Shown in pieces: positions 29,424-59,005 of a DNA stretch of 64,000 nt. Each line of letters begins with the position of its first letter. Position 1 is the first letter of the stretch. Below the pieces are notes generated by a model. The model was given only the letters and a program-made list of their open reading frames with translations, was not told the DNA's origin and did not search any database. Source of the DNA: Octopus sinensis (Eukaryota); assembly GCF_006345805.1 (NCBI RefSeq), contig NC_043002.1:96100001-96164000 (forward strand). Direction: 5' to 3'. Made by a program: the position numbers and the translations under genes.

Positions 29424-29814
29424 CTCTCATTTACTTGTTTCAGTCATTTGACTGTGGCCATGCTGGAGCACCGCCTTTAGTCGAGGAAATTGACCCCAGG
29501 ACTTATTCTTTGTAAGCCTAGTACTTATTCTATCGGTCTCTTTTGCCGAACCACTAAGTTACAGGGACGTAAACACACCAGCATCGGTTGTCAAGCGATG
29601 TTGGGGTGGGGGGGACAAACACATACACACATATATATATAAACATATATATGACAGGCTTCTTTCAGTTTCCGTCTACCAAATCCACTCACAAGGCTTT
29701 GGTTGGCCCGGGGCCAAAGTAGAAGACACTTGCCCAAGGTGCTACACAGTGGGACTGAACCTGGAAGCATGTGGTTGGTATGCAAGCTACTTACCACACA
29801 GCCACTCCTGCGCC
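29424..29814 (-). mobile_element. Full-length SINE family A
   Basis: Reverse complement starts GGCGCAGGAGTGGCTGTGTGGTAAG (tRNA-like head) and ends GACTGAAACAAGTAAATGAG. Confidence 0.92.
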
Positions 29815-30078
29815 TAAAATAGTCCATTTTCTTGAATATGATATGCCACTCTTCCATCAGGTATGAAGCCAAATTGTATATATTTTATCCTATAGTTGTT
29901 GGGTATTTGAGTAGTAGACCTTTATTCCAGCTAGTGTTTTGTGACTTGATTGATACAAGTAACTGTCCTTGTACTTTAAAGTGAATGGTTACCAATCCTA
30001 ATTTCTTAATGATAAATGTAATCTCACATAATTATTGTATAATGAATGATTGAGAAGAATTGACTTTGTTGCTTTCAG

Positions 30079-46250
<16,172 letters not shown>

Positions 46251-46640
46251 TAGATAAAGGGAACAATATCAGGTAGCTTACTACCCATATCACTCCTCTT
46301 TTGAAAACATATCTGAACCAATGAGTGATGATAGGTCATCATAAGAAAGAAGAATGAATTTTTATAGCTTTTTTTTTTTAAAGAATATTTTGTTGCTTTT
46401 TTTTAAAAAATTAACAGCAGTTAATTTCCTTGCACAACCATAAAAGGCTATAGGTTAAATAATCATTTAGATATTTGTTTATAGTATTACAATTGTTTTC
46501 AGTATTTATAGCAGACAGTCCATCCTAACAGGCAAGATTATCTGCTAGTTCAGCGACAGTGGCTTAATCCTGTATATATTTTTTATTTAAAGCAATGTTA
46601 ATAAGGAAAACAATCTAATTAAGAAATACTCAAATAGAGA

Positions 46641-46651
46641 AATAAAATAAA
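46641..46651 (+). terminator. Candidate polyadenylation signals (overlapping AATAAA) for LONRF
   Basis: AATAAAATAAA about 390 nt after the stop; further AATAAA at 48707 and 49144. The hexamer is common in AT-rich DNA. Confidence 0.3.
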
Positions 46652-49600
46652 TATATCAAACAGTTTGTTAAATTACTTGATCAATACAGTAATGTAGCAA
46701 ATATCCTTTCTTGCCATCAAATTCAGCATTCCTGTCCAAAACCCTAACATTGCTCTTATTTTCCTCTCTGAATAAGGTAAATTACATGTCTTTGAGCAAA
46801 TTAGTTCATTGTTAAGTAATTATTTTGAGTACCTCTTCAATTTCATCATAGAAGAAAATTCAGAGTATTATATAATAATATGTAATTTTCTAGATGGTAT
46901 AATTTAATTTTTCATTATTGAATTGATAAAAGGTGGGTTTTTTTTTCTAATTTATATATATATATATATATATATATAGCAGTTGAACATGATCTAAATT
47001 ATTCAAACAAGGAAGCGAATATTATGCACTTGTAAGACAAGCCATATGTAAATTCCAAACTTATATTCTCAATATTTTATAAAACACTCTTGGATGATTG
47101 ACAGTGGAGAACTTATTAAAAATTACAGCAGTCTTTCCATTTTAGCTTTCAAATATCATCAGTCATTTGATATAAACTTATTTGAGAAGATTAAAATTAT
47201 CATGTGTATATGTATTGTGAGTTCATTTCTACTATTGGCATTTCACTGTGTTACAGCTACATGTGCTTCACCTGTCAGGATAAGGTAGTGTGATATTTGT
47301 AATGAGAACATTCCCAGGATTTATTCTTACATGACAATGGTAACTAAAAAAACCCCTCTTGTGTTCTCTCCTATAAAATTTTGTAGATGGTTCTGTTTTA
47401 TAGCATGAGCAAACTAAAGGATATCGCAATTGTCAGCTGCCAACTGGAGATCTCTGATTTTAATATCTTCCAAATGAATCACTACTTCTAGGAATACCAT
47501 ATAACATGATGCTATCTAGAAGTTATGAGGGTGTAGATTATTCATAGTGTACCTACATCCTTTATAAATGAATACGGTAACAAGATATAAAGCAGTTGAT
47601 TTGTGTTTCAGATATTTAAATTCTGTAACTCATCTAATTAGCAATTTTTCTCATAACAAAAATCTTTACCAGAGATCCTTGATGCTTAGTTATCCAAACT
47701 GACCAAGATCATACTTTCTGTTGCTTTATCTTTGTGATAACTTTTTGAATAATAAGAATGATCTTTCTTTTTTTTTAAATTTTAACCCTTTTGTGACCTA
47801 GTGTTTTGGTATGTGTAGCCAAAAAGACTAAACATTTTTTTTTCTATTGACAAACATCTACTGAAAGATGATCTCTGATTAGCTATTACACATCAAAACC
47901 AACCATTTACAACATTTGTTCTATCAGGCTGATGGATCGGCCTCAAAGTCCTTTTAGCTTGTATCACGTGGGCCAATCAATCAACCTGGGTGGCCTAAGA
48001 GGGTTAATAAAATTTATGCAGGTTGGTTTCCTTGATTTCCAGAATCTTAGAGCATTCATACCTCCATACAAAGCTTACAGCCTCAGTTTGTATCATACAT
48101 ACATTGTTTTTGCTGGTATTTTTAGGCTTGGAGTACTTATATGATCCATTCCCACTCCCTGGTAGTTCACACAATTCTTTATATATTCTGGTATCTTCTC
48201 TGTAGTTATTTCTAGTGGGAGGAAACATTCATTGGTTTTGTTTAGTATGCTCAACCCATTTGCAGGCCAGTCATGCACCTGAGATCCTTAAAAAAAAATG
48301 GATTTGTAGCAGCAATTTTACCTGCATCATGACACTCCTGAATCCTTTAATGTCATTCTCATTGATGTAGCTGTTCCTCAAGCATTTATAGAAGTCAAGT
48401 TTTCATTTGATTATCCTTTTTTTTTCAATATTTACATTGTCAACGCACACATAATCAAGCTCCTTATTGAATTCACTCAATTTGCTCAAATTTTCCAAAG
48501 CAGCATAGAAGATTGTGTTACTATTGATCTCTTTTGTGGAACTTAAACATTTCTACTGTAAACATTAACTCAGGGGACTAGTGCTCTTTCCAAATGTTCA
48601 GCATTTTATTGAAATATATATTACTGAAGTAAATTTGAAGCAATAAATGCATATTTTCCTGCTAACAAGTTAAATTTTTATTAGCAACATCAATCATGTA
48701 TTAAACAATAAAAACGTCTATAGTTTCTGAATATAGGTACCATATTTTTTGTCTGTTCTACCAAAAGGTTCTATCATTTCTACATAAGCCATCATAACTT
48801 TTAAAGTTAAAAGTAATATAATGGTGATTTTATGATGATTTGACACATTGCCTTGTGTACATTGTATATTCCATTTCACTTTAACCACCTCTTCATTTTA
48901 TCTCCTTGCTGTTACCTGTGTTAAATAAGAAAACTAGAGAATACGTGTAATACAAAAATATATTTAAAAAATGCAGGAACCATTAACTAATTTTTTGAAA
49001 GCATTCTGGGTATCAGCTGGTCATGTCTCAGTATCATACAAACATAACACTTGCTTCCACCAGACCTCAATATTACATCACAATAGTATAAGTTTCTCTT
49101 CAGTCCTATTTTGATTGCTGAATAACTAGCTCCGAATCACTGGAATAAAAGCTATACAGCCAAAATGAGGTATTCCAGTTTAAGTTAAGAAGTGAGTCTT
49201 CAAGGTGTTTCTAACAACTGTTGTTTTTATTTTATCAAATTTAACTTCAGATGATTATTGATCTCTCTCTTTGGAAAAATATATAGACTGCTTTTATTAT
49301 TATTTTCTTCCTCAAATATATCAGGGTTTTGCCACAAGTGAAAACAACTTTAGAAATTGAGAAATTTTTTTATCAGTGCTTCCTACACAGCAGCTGTAAT
49401 TTAAGTCATTTTACGCTTGGTCTGTTGTAACACACACACACACACCACACACACACACATGACAGGATTGTCGTGACTGGAATACCTTTCAAGTAGATTC
49501 CATATGACTAATCTGGGACTACACAACAGCACTTAAGTTTATTTTGAGCCAAGAGTAGACCTCTGCATGTGAATGTGACTTGCTAGATATAGCTACCAAA

Positions 49601-50622
49601 TTTTCAAATTCCCCTCAAATCACATCTTACCACTTTCAATTAGGAAAATATACATTTAAAAATATTGTTCCAAGTTTTCAGACTCTGCATGTACATGAGC
49701 ATCATCCATCATGTAGATTCTGTGGTGAACACCTGTAGAGGAGGATGAAAGAGCAATTTCTGGAAATGAATGTAAAATCCAATTCACTTGATATCTCAGC
49801 TGCAGCTTGGGCAAATGTCTTCTGCTATAAACTCAAACCTATCAATACTTTGTAAGGAAATTTAGTAAATGGAAATTGAAAGAAGGCTGTTGTGTGTGTG
49901 TTTCTGTGTGAATGTTTACAACCTACTCCAAACAAGGTACAAATGGTGATGTCACTGCTCAGATATAAACATTGGTATCATTGTTTGTGGTTGGGCTGCA
50001 ACTAGTTACATTTGTTGATGCTTTCTTATCAACAGATCATATGCTAGCTCTATGCTTTCAGATTTTTGAAAGGCAGGCAAGGGTTGGTGACAGAAAGAGC
50101 ATCCTGCCTTAATTACTTACCATTTTAGAAATGCTAGCATGGAAAAACAGTCATTAAATGAAATGATGATGAACACATAGGTATGTATGTATGATATATA
50201 CATGTATGCACATAAATACATGTATACTCACACACACAGTGAATACATATATAGAACTACACATGCAATGTGTTTAATGCTTTGCAGTATTTGTTCTGCC
50301 TTCTTGAAATCTGAGTTCAAATCCTACTGAGGTCAACTTTGCATTTCATCATTTCAAGGTCAATAACTAAGGTGCCAAGTCTGTAGTAGTGAAGTGATAG
50401 AATTGTTAGCCCATAAAAGATGCCTTGCTGTAACTCCTCTAGTTCTTTACATTTTGAATCATATTCTCCACCATATTGGATTCCTGTGATAATAAGCTAA
50501 TTGTAATATACTAGCTTCAAGTCTAATGTTAAAAAAAAAGTGCTCAAGAAGTAAACTATGTACTGGGAGTTTACAAGAGCCCTGTATATGTGGAGGTTGC
50601 CTGTAAAAAAAAAAAATCTACA

Positions 50623-50685
<63 letters not shown>

Positions 50686-52059
50686 GTGTGTGTGTGTATA
50701 TATATAATGTAGTGCAATTAAGCACTGGATACAATAAGTTCATTATGATTATATATATATATATATGCACACACGCACAAACATTCAAATACACATTTGT
50801 ATACAGATATATATGCATCATCAAAAGATATACACGCACACACACACACACACATGTTTATATGTATACATATACCATATTTACCAGCATATAAGATGCT
50901 TATTTAATTTTTAAATGTATCAAGAAATTGTTGTGTGTCTAATGCCACCATATTATGGTTAGGAGACTAAGTGTCTTAAGCTAGGGAGCCAGGTGAGTAC
51001 AAGTCAGCTTGTCACATTAATTGCTACTAATGTTAAAATATTGAAAATAAACCAAATTATCAGTCTATTAGCACAAACTGAAGAAAAATTGCTTATGGTA
51101 CATTGGCAGTCATGTGGGGAGGTCACCACACCTCATTATACCTCCCTCAGTTTACATTATTTAATGACAGTGTTACCCTTAAGAAACATTTATCTAAATG
51201 AAAAATTCCCCTACAAAGATGAAAGGAATGTTAAATTTTCATCTGCCATTTGCAATGAGTGCATGACAACACCATAGCAGTAGTGGTGGCCAGTCATAGT
51301 TACATAAAACATCACAGCTAGAAATACAAGTTTTGCATACTTTGTGACACCTCTTTTGACCTAAATATAAATGACTATACAGTTGATCTGTAAGAAGATA
51401 GTTGAGATATGATATTCCCATAATGTAGTTTCATGCTTTATACTTGTAAAAATATTGTTGCATCTTATATACTGGCAAATATGGTGTGCGTATATATGTA
51501 TGTATGTTTATATACATATCCATACATGCATTCATATTATGCATAACAACAAAACAGAAATAGTTGGTTGTGTAAACTTTATCAAAATTCTTCCATATAG
51601 CTGGTTATTTTCTAATTTATTTTCTTCACTAATTTGTAAGTATTTATTGATCTTTGCAAAGTAAAATTCTATGTCAGTGTGACCAAGAACTTTGAAATAT
51701 TGAGTCTGTTCCTCATAGCTATAATGAAAGTTTACATACTAGCTTGTCTCATAGAATTGGTTTACTTGTGAGAAGTATTGTCTTCAATTCTAACAATTTG
51801 TGATGTTTAAGATATGGAAACTGGGAGGTCTATTATAAGGATTTGTATTCCATAATTCAACTGTGAGATTTATTTTATTTATATTCCACATCTATATGTA
51901 AGTGAAATGTCAATTGGTTTCATATATTCAAAATTAACATACTTTCCTAAAACATGCTTTGCTCTGTATTTGACTGTACTTCTCTTGATACACAATGCAT
52001 GATACCAAGAGAATAGATGGTTCTCTAGCAATGAAGATTCAATCAATTGAATTTATGTG

Positions 52060-52325
52060 TAAGTGGCTAAGCATTCCAGACACTTGGAATACTCAACCTT
52101 AACAAAATTCTCAGGCAGAATTGGCACATCACAGCATGTGTGACAAGGCTGTACTTTTTCAATTACAGGTTCAATCCACTCAACAGGCTTCTTTGTACTT
52201 TCTGTCTACCCCAAATTTCATTTACAAGGTATGGGTCAACCTTTAGGAAATGACATCTGCCCAAGGTGCCATGCAGTGGGATTGAACTTTGGTGTTGCAA
52301 AGCAAACTTCTTAACCATTTGGCTA
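52060..52325 (-). mobile_element. Diverged tRNA-derived SINE (family C-like)
   Basis: GTAAGTGGCTAAGCATTCC, GTGTGACAAGGCTG and GGGATTGAAC..TTGCAAAGCAAACTTCTTAACC similar to 12400-12730. Confidence 0.6.
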
Positions 52326-53506
52326 TACTGTGCCCACTACCAAGAGTATATACATGTATATACCTAATTAAGTGTACTCTATAATCCAAGTGATTCTCTT
52401 TGTGTATGGTCCTGTACTCTGTTATTGTACCCATTGGCTGTTCCATGTTAATATTCTGTTTGTTTTGAGCTTCTATACATTGGCAGGTCTTATCTTATTC
52501 CTATGCAAAAGAATTATTCAAATGTAATATAAATTCTATAAATAAATTGTGAGAAAAAAGTCACAGGATTATTTCTTTAAGCAAATAAAATTTGATTTTT
52601 TTTTAAACAATTTTGTCAAATAAAACAAAAAATAACCCCATCAGTATTTTTTGTGATTAATTAACCTGAACAATGATTATTTAAATGTATTTCATATAAA
52701 ATGTTTGGAGAAGCAAATAAATTAAATTATTTCTTGTGTGTGTGTATATATATATTTTTTTCCAACTATCTGTATTTCAAAACAATGGAATGTGCCAATT
52801 TGTGCAAATTATTAAAAAAATGTTATATTTACCCATAACTCTTTGGTAAGTGATCTGTGATCTTTGGCACCTCTTACCTGTTGAGCAGAATTATTTTACT
52901 AAAAGTGGCACTGTTGTGCATTGTATTTTACAGCTGGCAGCAACTAATGTTAGCATTAAAGGACTAACAATATACATGTAAATAAGTACAAATATAATGT
53001 GAATGTAGTGTCTTAAATATACATTGTCTTCTCTCTTTTACATGACTTTTTATTATAAAACCTTTACTGTACTTTTTCTAATTCTCATATTGCTGTATGT
53101 TTCATACTATGTTCATAAAATCTTTCAAACATAAATCAATTTTCAATAATTTACCATTCTTTTGTTCTTTCACTTTTCTCTAATTTTTCTCTGGATGAAT
53201 GTGAGAAGTTGTGAGAAATGAAATGGAGTTGATGGCATTTGTATTTAAATATCTACAGGTTTCTTAACTAGAACTTACTACCCAAACAGCTGTTATCCAA
53301 CAATGTCAAAATTATGTGTGAATAATTTCTTATGAATCAAACAAATTTTATTCCTGAGCAAAATCCATAATTATTACTTCAGAAAATAAACCAAAAGTGA
53401 GGCTTCTCTAACTGGTTCACCAACATGCTATATTCTACACTTAACCTTTTCTGAAATGACAGCTACACTCTCTTCTCCCTTAACTTCTTAGTAGCATTCT
53501 TTAAAG

Positions 53507-54988
53507 CAGAGGTCACCAAACTTTTTTCATGGTGTGCCAGATAATTAAGAGAATGACAAATGCAGGCTGCTTAACCATTTTGTTCAATACAATAACAGTA
53601 AATATGCAGATGACATCAAGCTGTACCTCGAAATAAAGAGGTCAGATCCTGTACACTATAGATCTCTATTGCAAGCAGACCTGGACACAATGCAGCAGTG
53701 GATTATGGACTGGCAACTCAAGCTGGCTGTGGACAAATGTACCACCATGCATTTTGGGAGGAGAAACCCAGCGTCCACCTACTCCCTCCACAACACTAAT
53801 CTCAAAAAGTCTTCATGTGAATGTGACCTGGGTGTTATTGTCAACTGATTTGCGTTGGACAAAACACATCGCTAAAATTGTCAAGAAGGCTGAGGGTGTC
53901 TTGGCATCACTCACCAAATCCTTTGAGAGCCGCTCTCTGGCTATCTATCTGCGGCTTTATATAGCTATGGTAAGACCTCACCTGGAATTTGCATCACCGG
54001 TCTGGAACCCCTATCTTGCCCAGGATATCAATTGTCCGGAAGCCCTTCAGCGACTTGCAGCCAAAAGAATACCCTCCATCAGGCATTTGCCATATTCTGA
54101 ACACCTTACTTCCCTGGGCATGGACACATTGAAACTCCGACGTCTGGCAGCTGACTTGGCAGACACCCATAAAATTATCAGCCATCTTACAAACAATAAC
54201 TCTGAGCACCTTTTCAAACTCCACCCGTCTAACACCCGTGGACATATTTACAAAGTCAGAAAACAGCACAGCTCCCATCACTTTAGGAAACATTTTTTCA
54301 TGCTGAGAGTTGCTGAAGCATGGAACAAACTGCCGGCATCAGTTGTTAGTTGTCGGAGCACTGCATCCTTCAAAACTTCCATGCTTCCCGAGATTTGCCA
54401 ACACTACACCTGATTTTCTCCCCTCCATACACACGCAAGCATGTCTCTGACTCATACATTGTTCGCTTTTCAGACATTTGTACATTACTGCATATACTCT
54501 ATACGCACTTTCTGACAAGTTGTGGTGCACCTGAGCACTGTATACAATAATTTCATTATTATTATTTTAAATACACAAAAAATAAAGACAACCAACATTT
54601 ATTTACCAAAAAGCTACAAAAGAAGGCAACGTTAGTAATAAGATAGTTATCTTACACCCATGCACAAATATCCAAATCTTACAAACTAAACAACAAAAAA
54701 GGTTAGTGAGATTTGTGAAACTGGTGTTTAGCTTTTAAGATATCAATATTTGCTTTGGAATTGCTGTATCTAAGCAAAAGAATTGCTTTCAAATGTCCAG
54801 TCAACCTCATTCGATGTGCTGACTTCACATACTTCAGTTTTGAAAATGTTTGCTCACTGACGTAAGTTGTTCCAAACACTGATGCCATACCAAAGGCAAA
54901 TGAATTCTCATTTGCAGGTACTTACACAAAAGGTACCATATGGTGGCAGGTTGGATCTGGCCCACGGGCCATAGTTTGGTGACACCTG
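53507..54988 (-). mobile_element. Non-autonomous hAT (Buster/Charlie/SPIN-like) transposon with nested LINE
   Basis: 15-bp TIRs CAGAGGTCACCAAAC / GTTTGGTGACACCTG (13/15); 8-bp TSD CTTTAAAG / CTTTAGAA (nnnTAnnn); minus ORF 54703-54888 FGTTYVSEQTFSKLKYVKSAHRMRLT..LKAIL is a hAT C-terminal dimerisation region. Confidence 0.88.
53599..54567 (+). mobile_element. CR1/L2-like LINE 3' fragment (RT C-terminal half) inserted in the hAT element
   Basis: KYADDIKLY, LQADLD..W..DWQL..KC, DLGV, LYIAMVRPHLEFASPVWNPY, LRRLAADL, RKHFFMLRVAEAWNKLP; (ATT)n tail at ~54555-54567. Confidence 0.92.
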
Positions 54989-55102
54989 CTTTAGAATAAT
55001 CTGATTCAGAATTCTCTAGAAACAGATAACCCTGTATTTAGGAAGACATGTTTATGTCCCTTCTATGGATGACTACATGATAAAGAATATAATACTAGAG
55101 AA

Positions 55103-55511
55103 GGATCTTTTCGGTTTGAACGGCAATTTTTTCTATCAGTGTCATATGAAATTGTCACCCATAATTATGACCCTAGTATCGATCTATTGCATTTCAATCT
55201 ATTTTAGGGTTAGGGTTAGGGGTGGGGGGAAGGGTATCTTTTTTTCTTCACAAATGTAAATAAACCCAATCTGTTTCTTAAGCGAGGGACATATTCATAC
55301 AGCACAGAATGTATTTTACCTCAATGGACGTCATTGATTGGTTGAAATTGAAGAAAAAAAAACAACAAATATCTTACAAACTATAGAATTTTCTCAATAA
55401 AGCCAAGAGAAAAAGATGTTATATAAACACATTCTACCAGTATACGAAGTTTAAAATTTTTTAGTTACCTAGAAATTATGTTAAAAACTGCCGTTCAAAC
55501 CAAAAAGATCC
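55103..55511. mobile_element. MITE copy 1 (GG-terminal TIRs, 8-bp TSD, internal TTAGGG x3)
   Basis: TIR GGATCTTTTCGGTTTGAACGGCA / TGCCGTTCAAACCAAAAAGATCC; perfect TSD CTAGAGAA at 55095-55102 and 55512-55519. Confidence 0.92.
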
Positions 55512-56952
55512 CTAGAGAACTATCTATTTGAACAATGTTGTCGAACCATATGTTGGATATCAACCTCTCTAGTAATAGTTCAGAAAATCATAAAATCTCT
55601 AACTAGAAGAAAATGATAGAATCCATCCTCATACACAAAGTAAAACTCAATAATTGAGCAATGGTTAGGCTACAAACAGCTTCACGTAGGGCCAGAGGCA
55701 TCTGTGATCAGCTGCACTGTGACATCACAACAGTTCAAATTCAAAATATAAAGTATCCAACATGGACAACTTTAAACCAGATAAATATGTAGTGTACATG
55801 TAACAATGGATATTAATTGCACTGAACAATATAATAATTAAAAAAAAAAAAAGGTTGACTTTGCCTTTCATCCTGTCAGGGTTGATAAAGTAAGTGCCAG
55901 TTAAGCACTGGGGTTGATGTAACTGACTTGCCTGCCACCCCACCAAAATAATTGCTGGCCTTGTGCTAAAATTTGAAACCAATATTTGTTCTACATCTAT
56001 TTACAAACACCCTGCTTGTCACCATCAGGGAGCCAGTGATTGATTCATTGAAACCTATAACCAACGATGCTATTGTTCACTACTTTTAATCTAAAATTAA
56101 CACCAAATCACATTCTTTGACATTGAATTGTCTCCAACACGACTGCCAACACCTGGAAAGCTTGACCTCTGTATTCCTATAGTTAATCCATCAAAATCTC
56201 TGTAAACTTCACCACAATAAATCTATAAAAATAATTTCATACTCTCAGACCTTGTAACTCAGGTCAAAGTTCAGCTCAATAATACTAAATCTATTATTTT
56301 ATTGAAATCAGGAAAACCAGTTCAATGCTGTCAACATACCAGCTAGATTTGTGTATAACAAATAGGTATAATGAATAAGTTTTTACATATGAGTATAATA
56401 AAAAAAAATTCTCCTCAACCTTCTCAACTTGAAATATTTGCCCAATAGGATATGATATCTTAAAGCATGCAAATAGTTCAAAATCTCAGCCAATTTATAA
56501 TTATATTGATTTCAAATTTTGGGACAAGGCCAGCAATTTTAGGGGAGGGGTAAGCTGATTAAATCAACCCTGGTGTTCAACTGGCACTTATTTTATCAGC
56601 CCTGAAAGGTGGAAAGGCAAAGTTGCTCTTGGTGGAATTTGAACTCAAAATGTAAAAACAGACAAAATACCACTAAGTATTTTGCCTGGCTTGCTAACAA
56701 TTCTGCCAGCTCACCACCTTGTTTATTATTTTAATACTTTTTTCTTTTTACTATTAGTAATTCAGTTGATATCATCATAATGAGCCATATGTTACAAGAT
56801 CTCGCAGAACTGGAGTTGTAAAAACCAAAATCATCAAATCTATGCAGTTGTCTTTAATTAACAATCAAACACTGATTTAAAACATCTGTATTTGTTTGAA
56901 GTTGATCTATGATTGCACATTTGATACCATATGCTAGAAACTTGTGAGATAT

Positions 56953-57727
56953 TGTAGGCAACGCTAATTGAAACAGATTCGCAAGCCCTCAAAGTATTCG
57001 TTGGGAGTCAATGACAGTTATCTCTCCTGATGGAACATTCTTGAAAAATCTAGACTATTCCAGAAAATTCCAGGTGAACATGATTAACTCCCGCTTTGTT
57101 AATTTATTACACATAACTTCAAAATAACACGCAGGATGTTGCTAGTAGCACATCGCCTATTTAAGTGTGCATTCCTGCTTAAATCACTCTCTCTTCTTTA
57201 ACTGCTTCTTCGAAACACAAGGTCCACCGTGACCACAAGGGAGCCAGGCACATGAATTCAATATCTGATCTCCTGCCAGCAGCTCGCCATAGTATTCTAC
57301 GTCTCGTGCCTGTGGAAAGTAAATCTCATAGCTTGATTTATTTCTATTTACTCAAAATAATCATGGATCATGGCAAGTTGTTCCAAACCTTTCTTCTTCC
57401 CGGAAAGCTTTTTTGAACATTGTACACTTACTATACGAGTTCGTTTGTCATGCATCTTAATAAAACCATGACCTATTTCTTTATTACCCACAAGGGGCTA
57501 AACACAGAGGGGACAAACAAGGACAGACATAGGTATTAAGTCGATTACATCAACCCCAGTGTGTAACTGGTACTTAATTTATCGACCCTGAAAGAATGAA
57601 AGACAAAGTTGACCTCGGCGGAATTTGAATTTACAACGTAACGGCAGACGAAATACCGCTAAGCATTTCGCCCGGCGTGCTAAAGTTTCTGCCAGCTCGC
57701 CGCCTTAATAAAACCTTGACCGTAACA
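56953..57727 (+). mobile_element. Candidate solo LTR interrupted by a SINE
   Basis: TGTAG...GTAACA termini, TATTTAAG at ~57158, AATAAA near the 3' end, flanks ATAT/TTAT, CpG richer than surroundings. No second copy or internal domain. Confidence 0.3.
57474..57704 (-). mobile_element. Full-length SINE family B with 17-bp TSD
   Basis: TSD TTAATAAAACCATGACC (57457-57473) / TTAATAAAACCTTGACC (57705-57721); head GGCGGCGAGCTGGCAGAAAC. Confidence 0.93.
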
Positions 57728-57929
57728 TTATTCGCACAGAATGAGTGCTGTCATTATTTACTGCACAGAGGGATTTCATGGTTATTGGATTAATGATTTA
57801 GTCCAATTATTAAAGTGTTGACGTTTTTATTAGCAACATCTCACACTAAAATATTAAGTAAATTGACTCTATTACTTCACTGGTATTTATTGGGGTTTTT
57901 TTTCTCACACTTTACCACTGAGCCATGTG

Positions 57930-57964
<35 letters not shown>

Positions 57965-58628
57965 TTATATATAGTGAAGGCACAATGCTCAGTGGTTAGA
58001 GCATTGGCAACGAGATGAGAGAGACAATATGCATTCTATGCTCTTTGTGTAAAAAATCCTAAATGTTAAATTTTATTTTAATTTGAATTCACCGGAAGAA
58101 AAAGGTTTCTTTTTACATGATGTAATCTATTTGTTCATCGATAAAAAACCTATCTGAAACAACTGTAGTTAATCTCAGGCCATTTGTGTTATTATCTATA
58201 CTACATCACATTTGGAACCTTCCCTGTGCTGGATTTAGAGCCCACAGTGGGTGGACCGTGGACTGCATGCCAGAGTACTCTTGTGTGATTTTATGTATAC
58301 ATTGAGTGTTTTGGTCTGTATTTGGGGATGTATGTGTAACTGGAAGAACAAATTCACATATACTCTAGTAATTACATGAGTGTCCATACACAGTAGATAC
58401 ACAGGCATGCTTTGGTGTCCTTCTTATTAAAATACTCCAATTCTGTTGGCTCCTACTATACACTTGCACATACAGTTAAACACATTTCTGCACATAGACA
58501 CTTCCATTTCTATGTAAGTGTATACTTCCAGTTTGACTTATAGGAATGATAGAAAATATATAGAAGAAAATGGCAACATCAAGAAAAGCAATACCGATCA
58601 CAATGACTAGGGTAACATACATACATAC

Positions 58629-59005
58629 GGAGGTGCAATGGCCCAGTGGTTAGGGCAGCGGACTCGCGGTCATAGGATCGTGGTTTCGATTCCCAGATCG
58701 GGCGTTGTGAGTGTTTATTGAGCGAAAACACCTAAAGCTCCACGAGGTTCCGGCAGGGGATGGTGGTGATCCCTGCTGTACTCTTTCACCACAACTTTCA
58801 CTCTTACTTCCTGTTTCTGTTGTACCTGTATTTCAAAGGGCCGGCCTTGTCACTCTCTGTGTCATGCTGAATATCCCCAAGAACTACGTTAAGGGTACAC
58901 ATGTCTGTGGAGTGCTCAGCCACTTACACGTTAATTTCACGAGCAGGCTGTTCCGTTGATTCGGATCAACCGGAAACCTCGTCGTCGTAACCGACGGAGT
59001 GCTTC
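58629..59005 (+). mobile_element. Full-length tRNA-derived SINE family C
   Basis: A-box TGGCCCAGTGG, B-box-like GTTTCGATTCCC; flanked by CATACATACATAC on both sides (58616-58628, 59006-59018); many intact CpG. Confidence 0.92.

Noticed and set aside
50993-51277. 94-aa ORF with faint resemblance to Ac-type hAT (W.S...Y.SL..HY)
   Set aside because: The catalytic Asp motif is absent and I saw no TIRs; too weak without an HMM search.
55204-55221. Interstitial telomere from chromosome fusion
   Set aside because: Only three units, and they are part of the MITE, present in both copies.
58629-58700. tRNA gene
   Set aside because: A/B boxes are present but I see no complete cloverleaf, and the sequence continues into a SINE body; the same holds for the other SINE heads.
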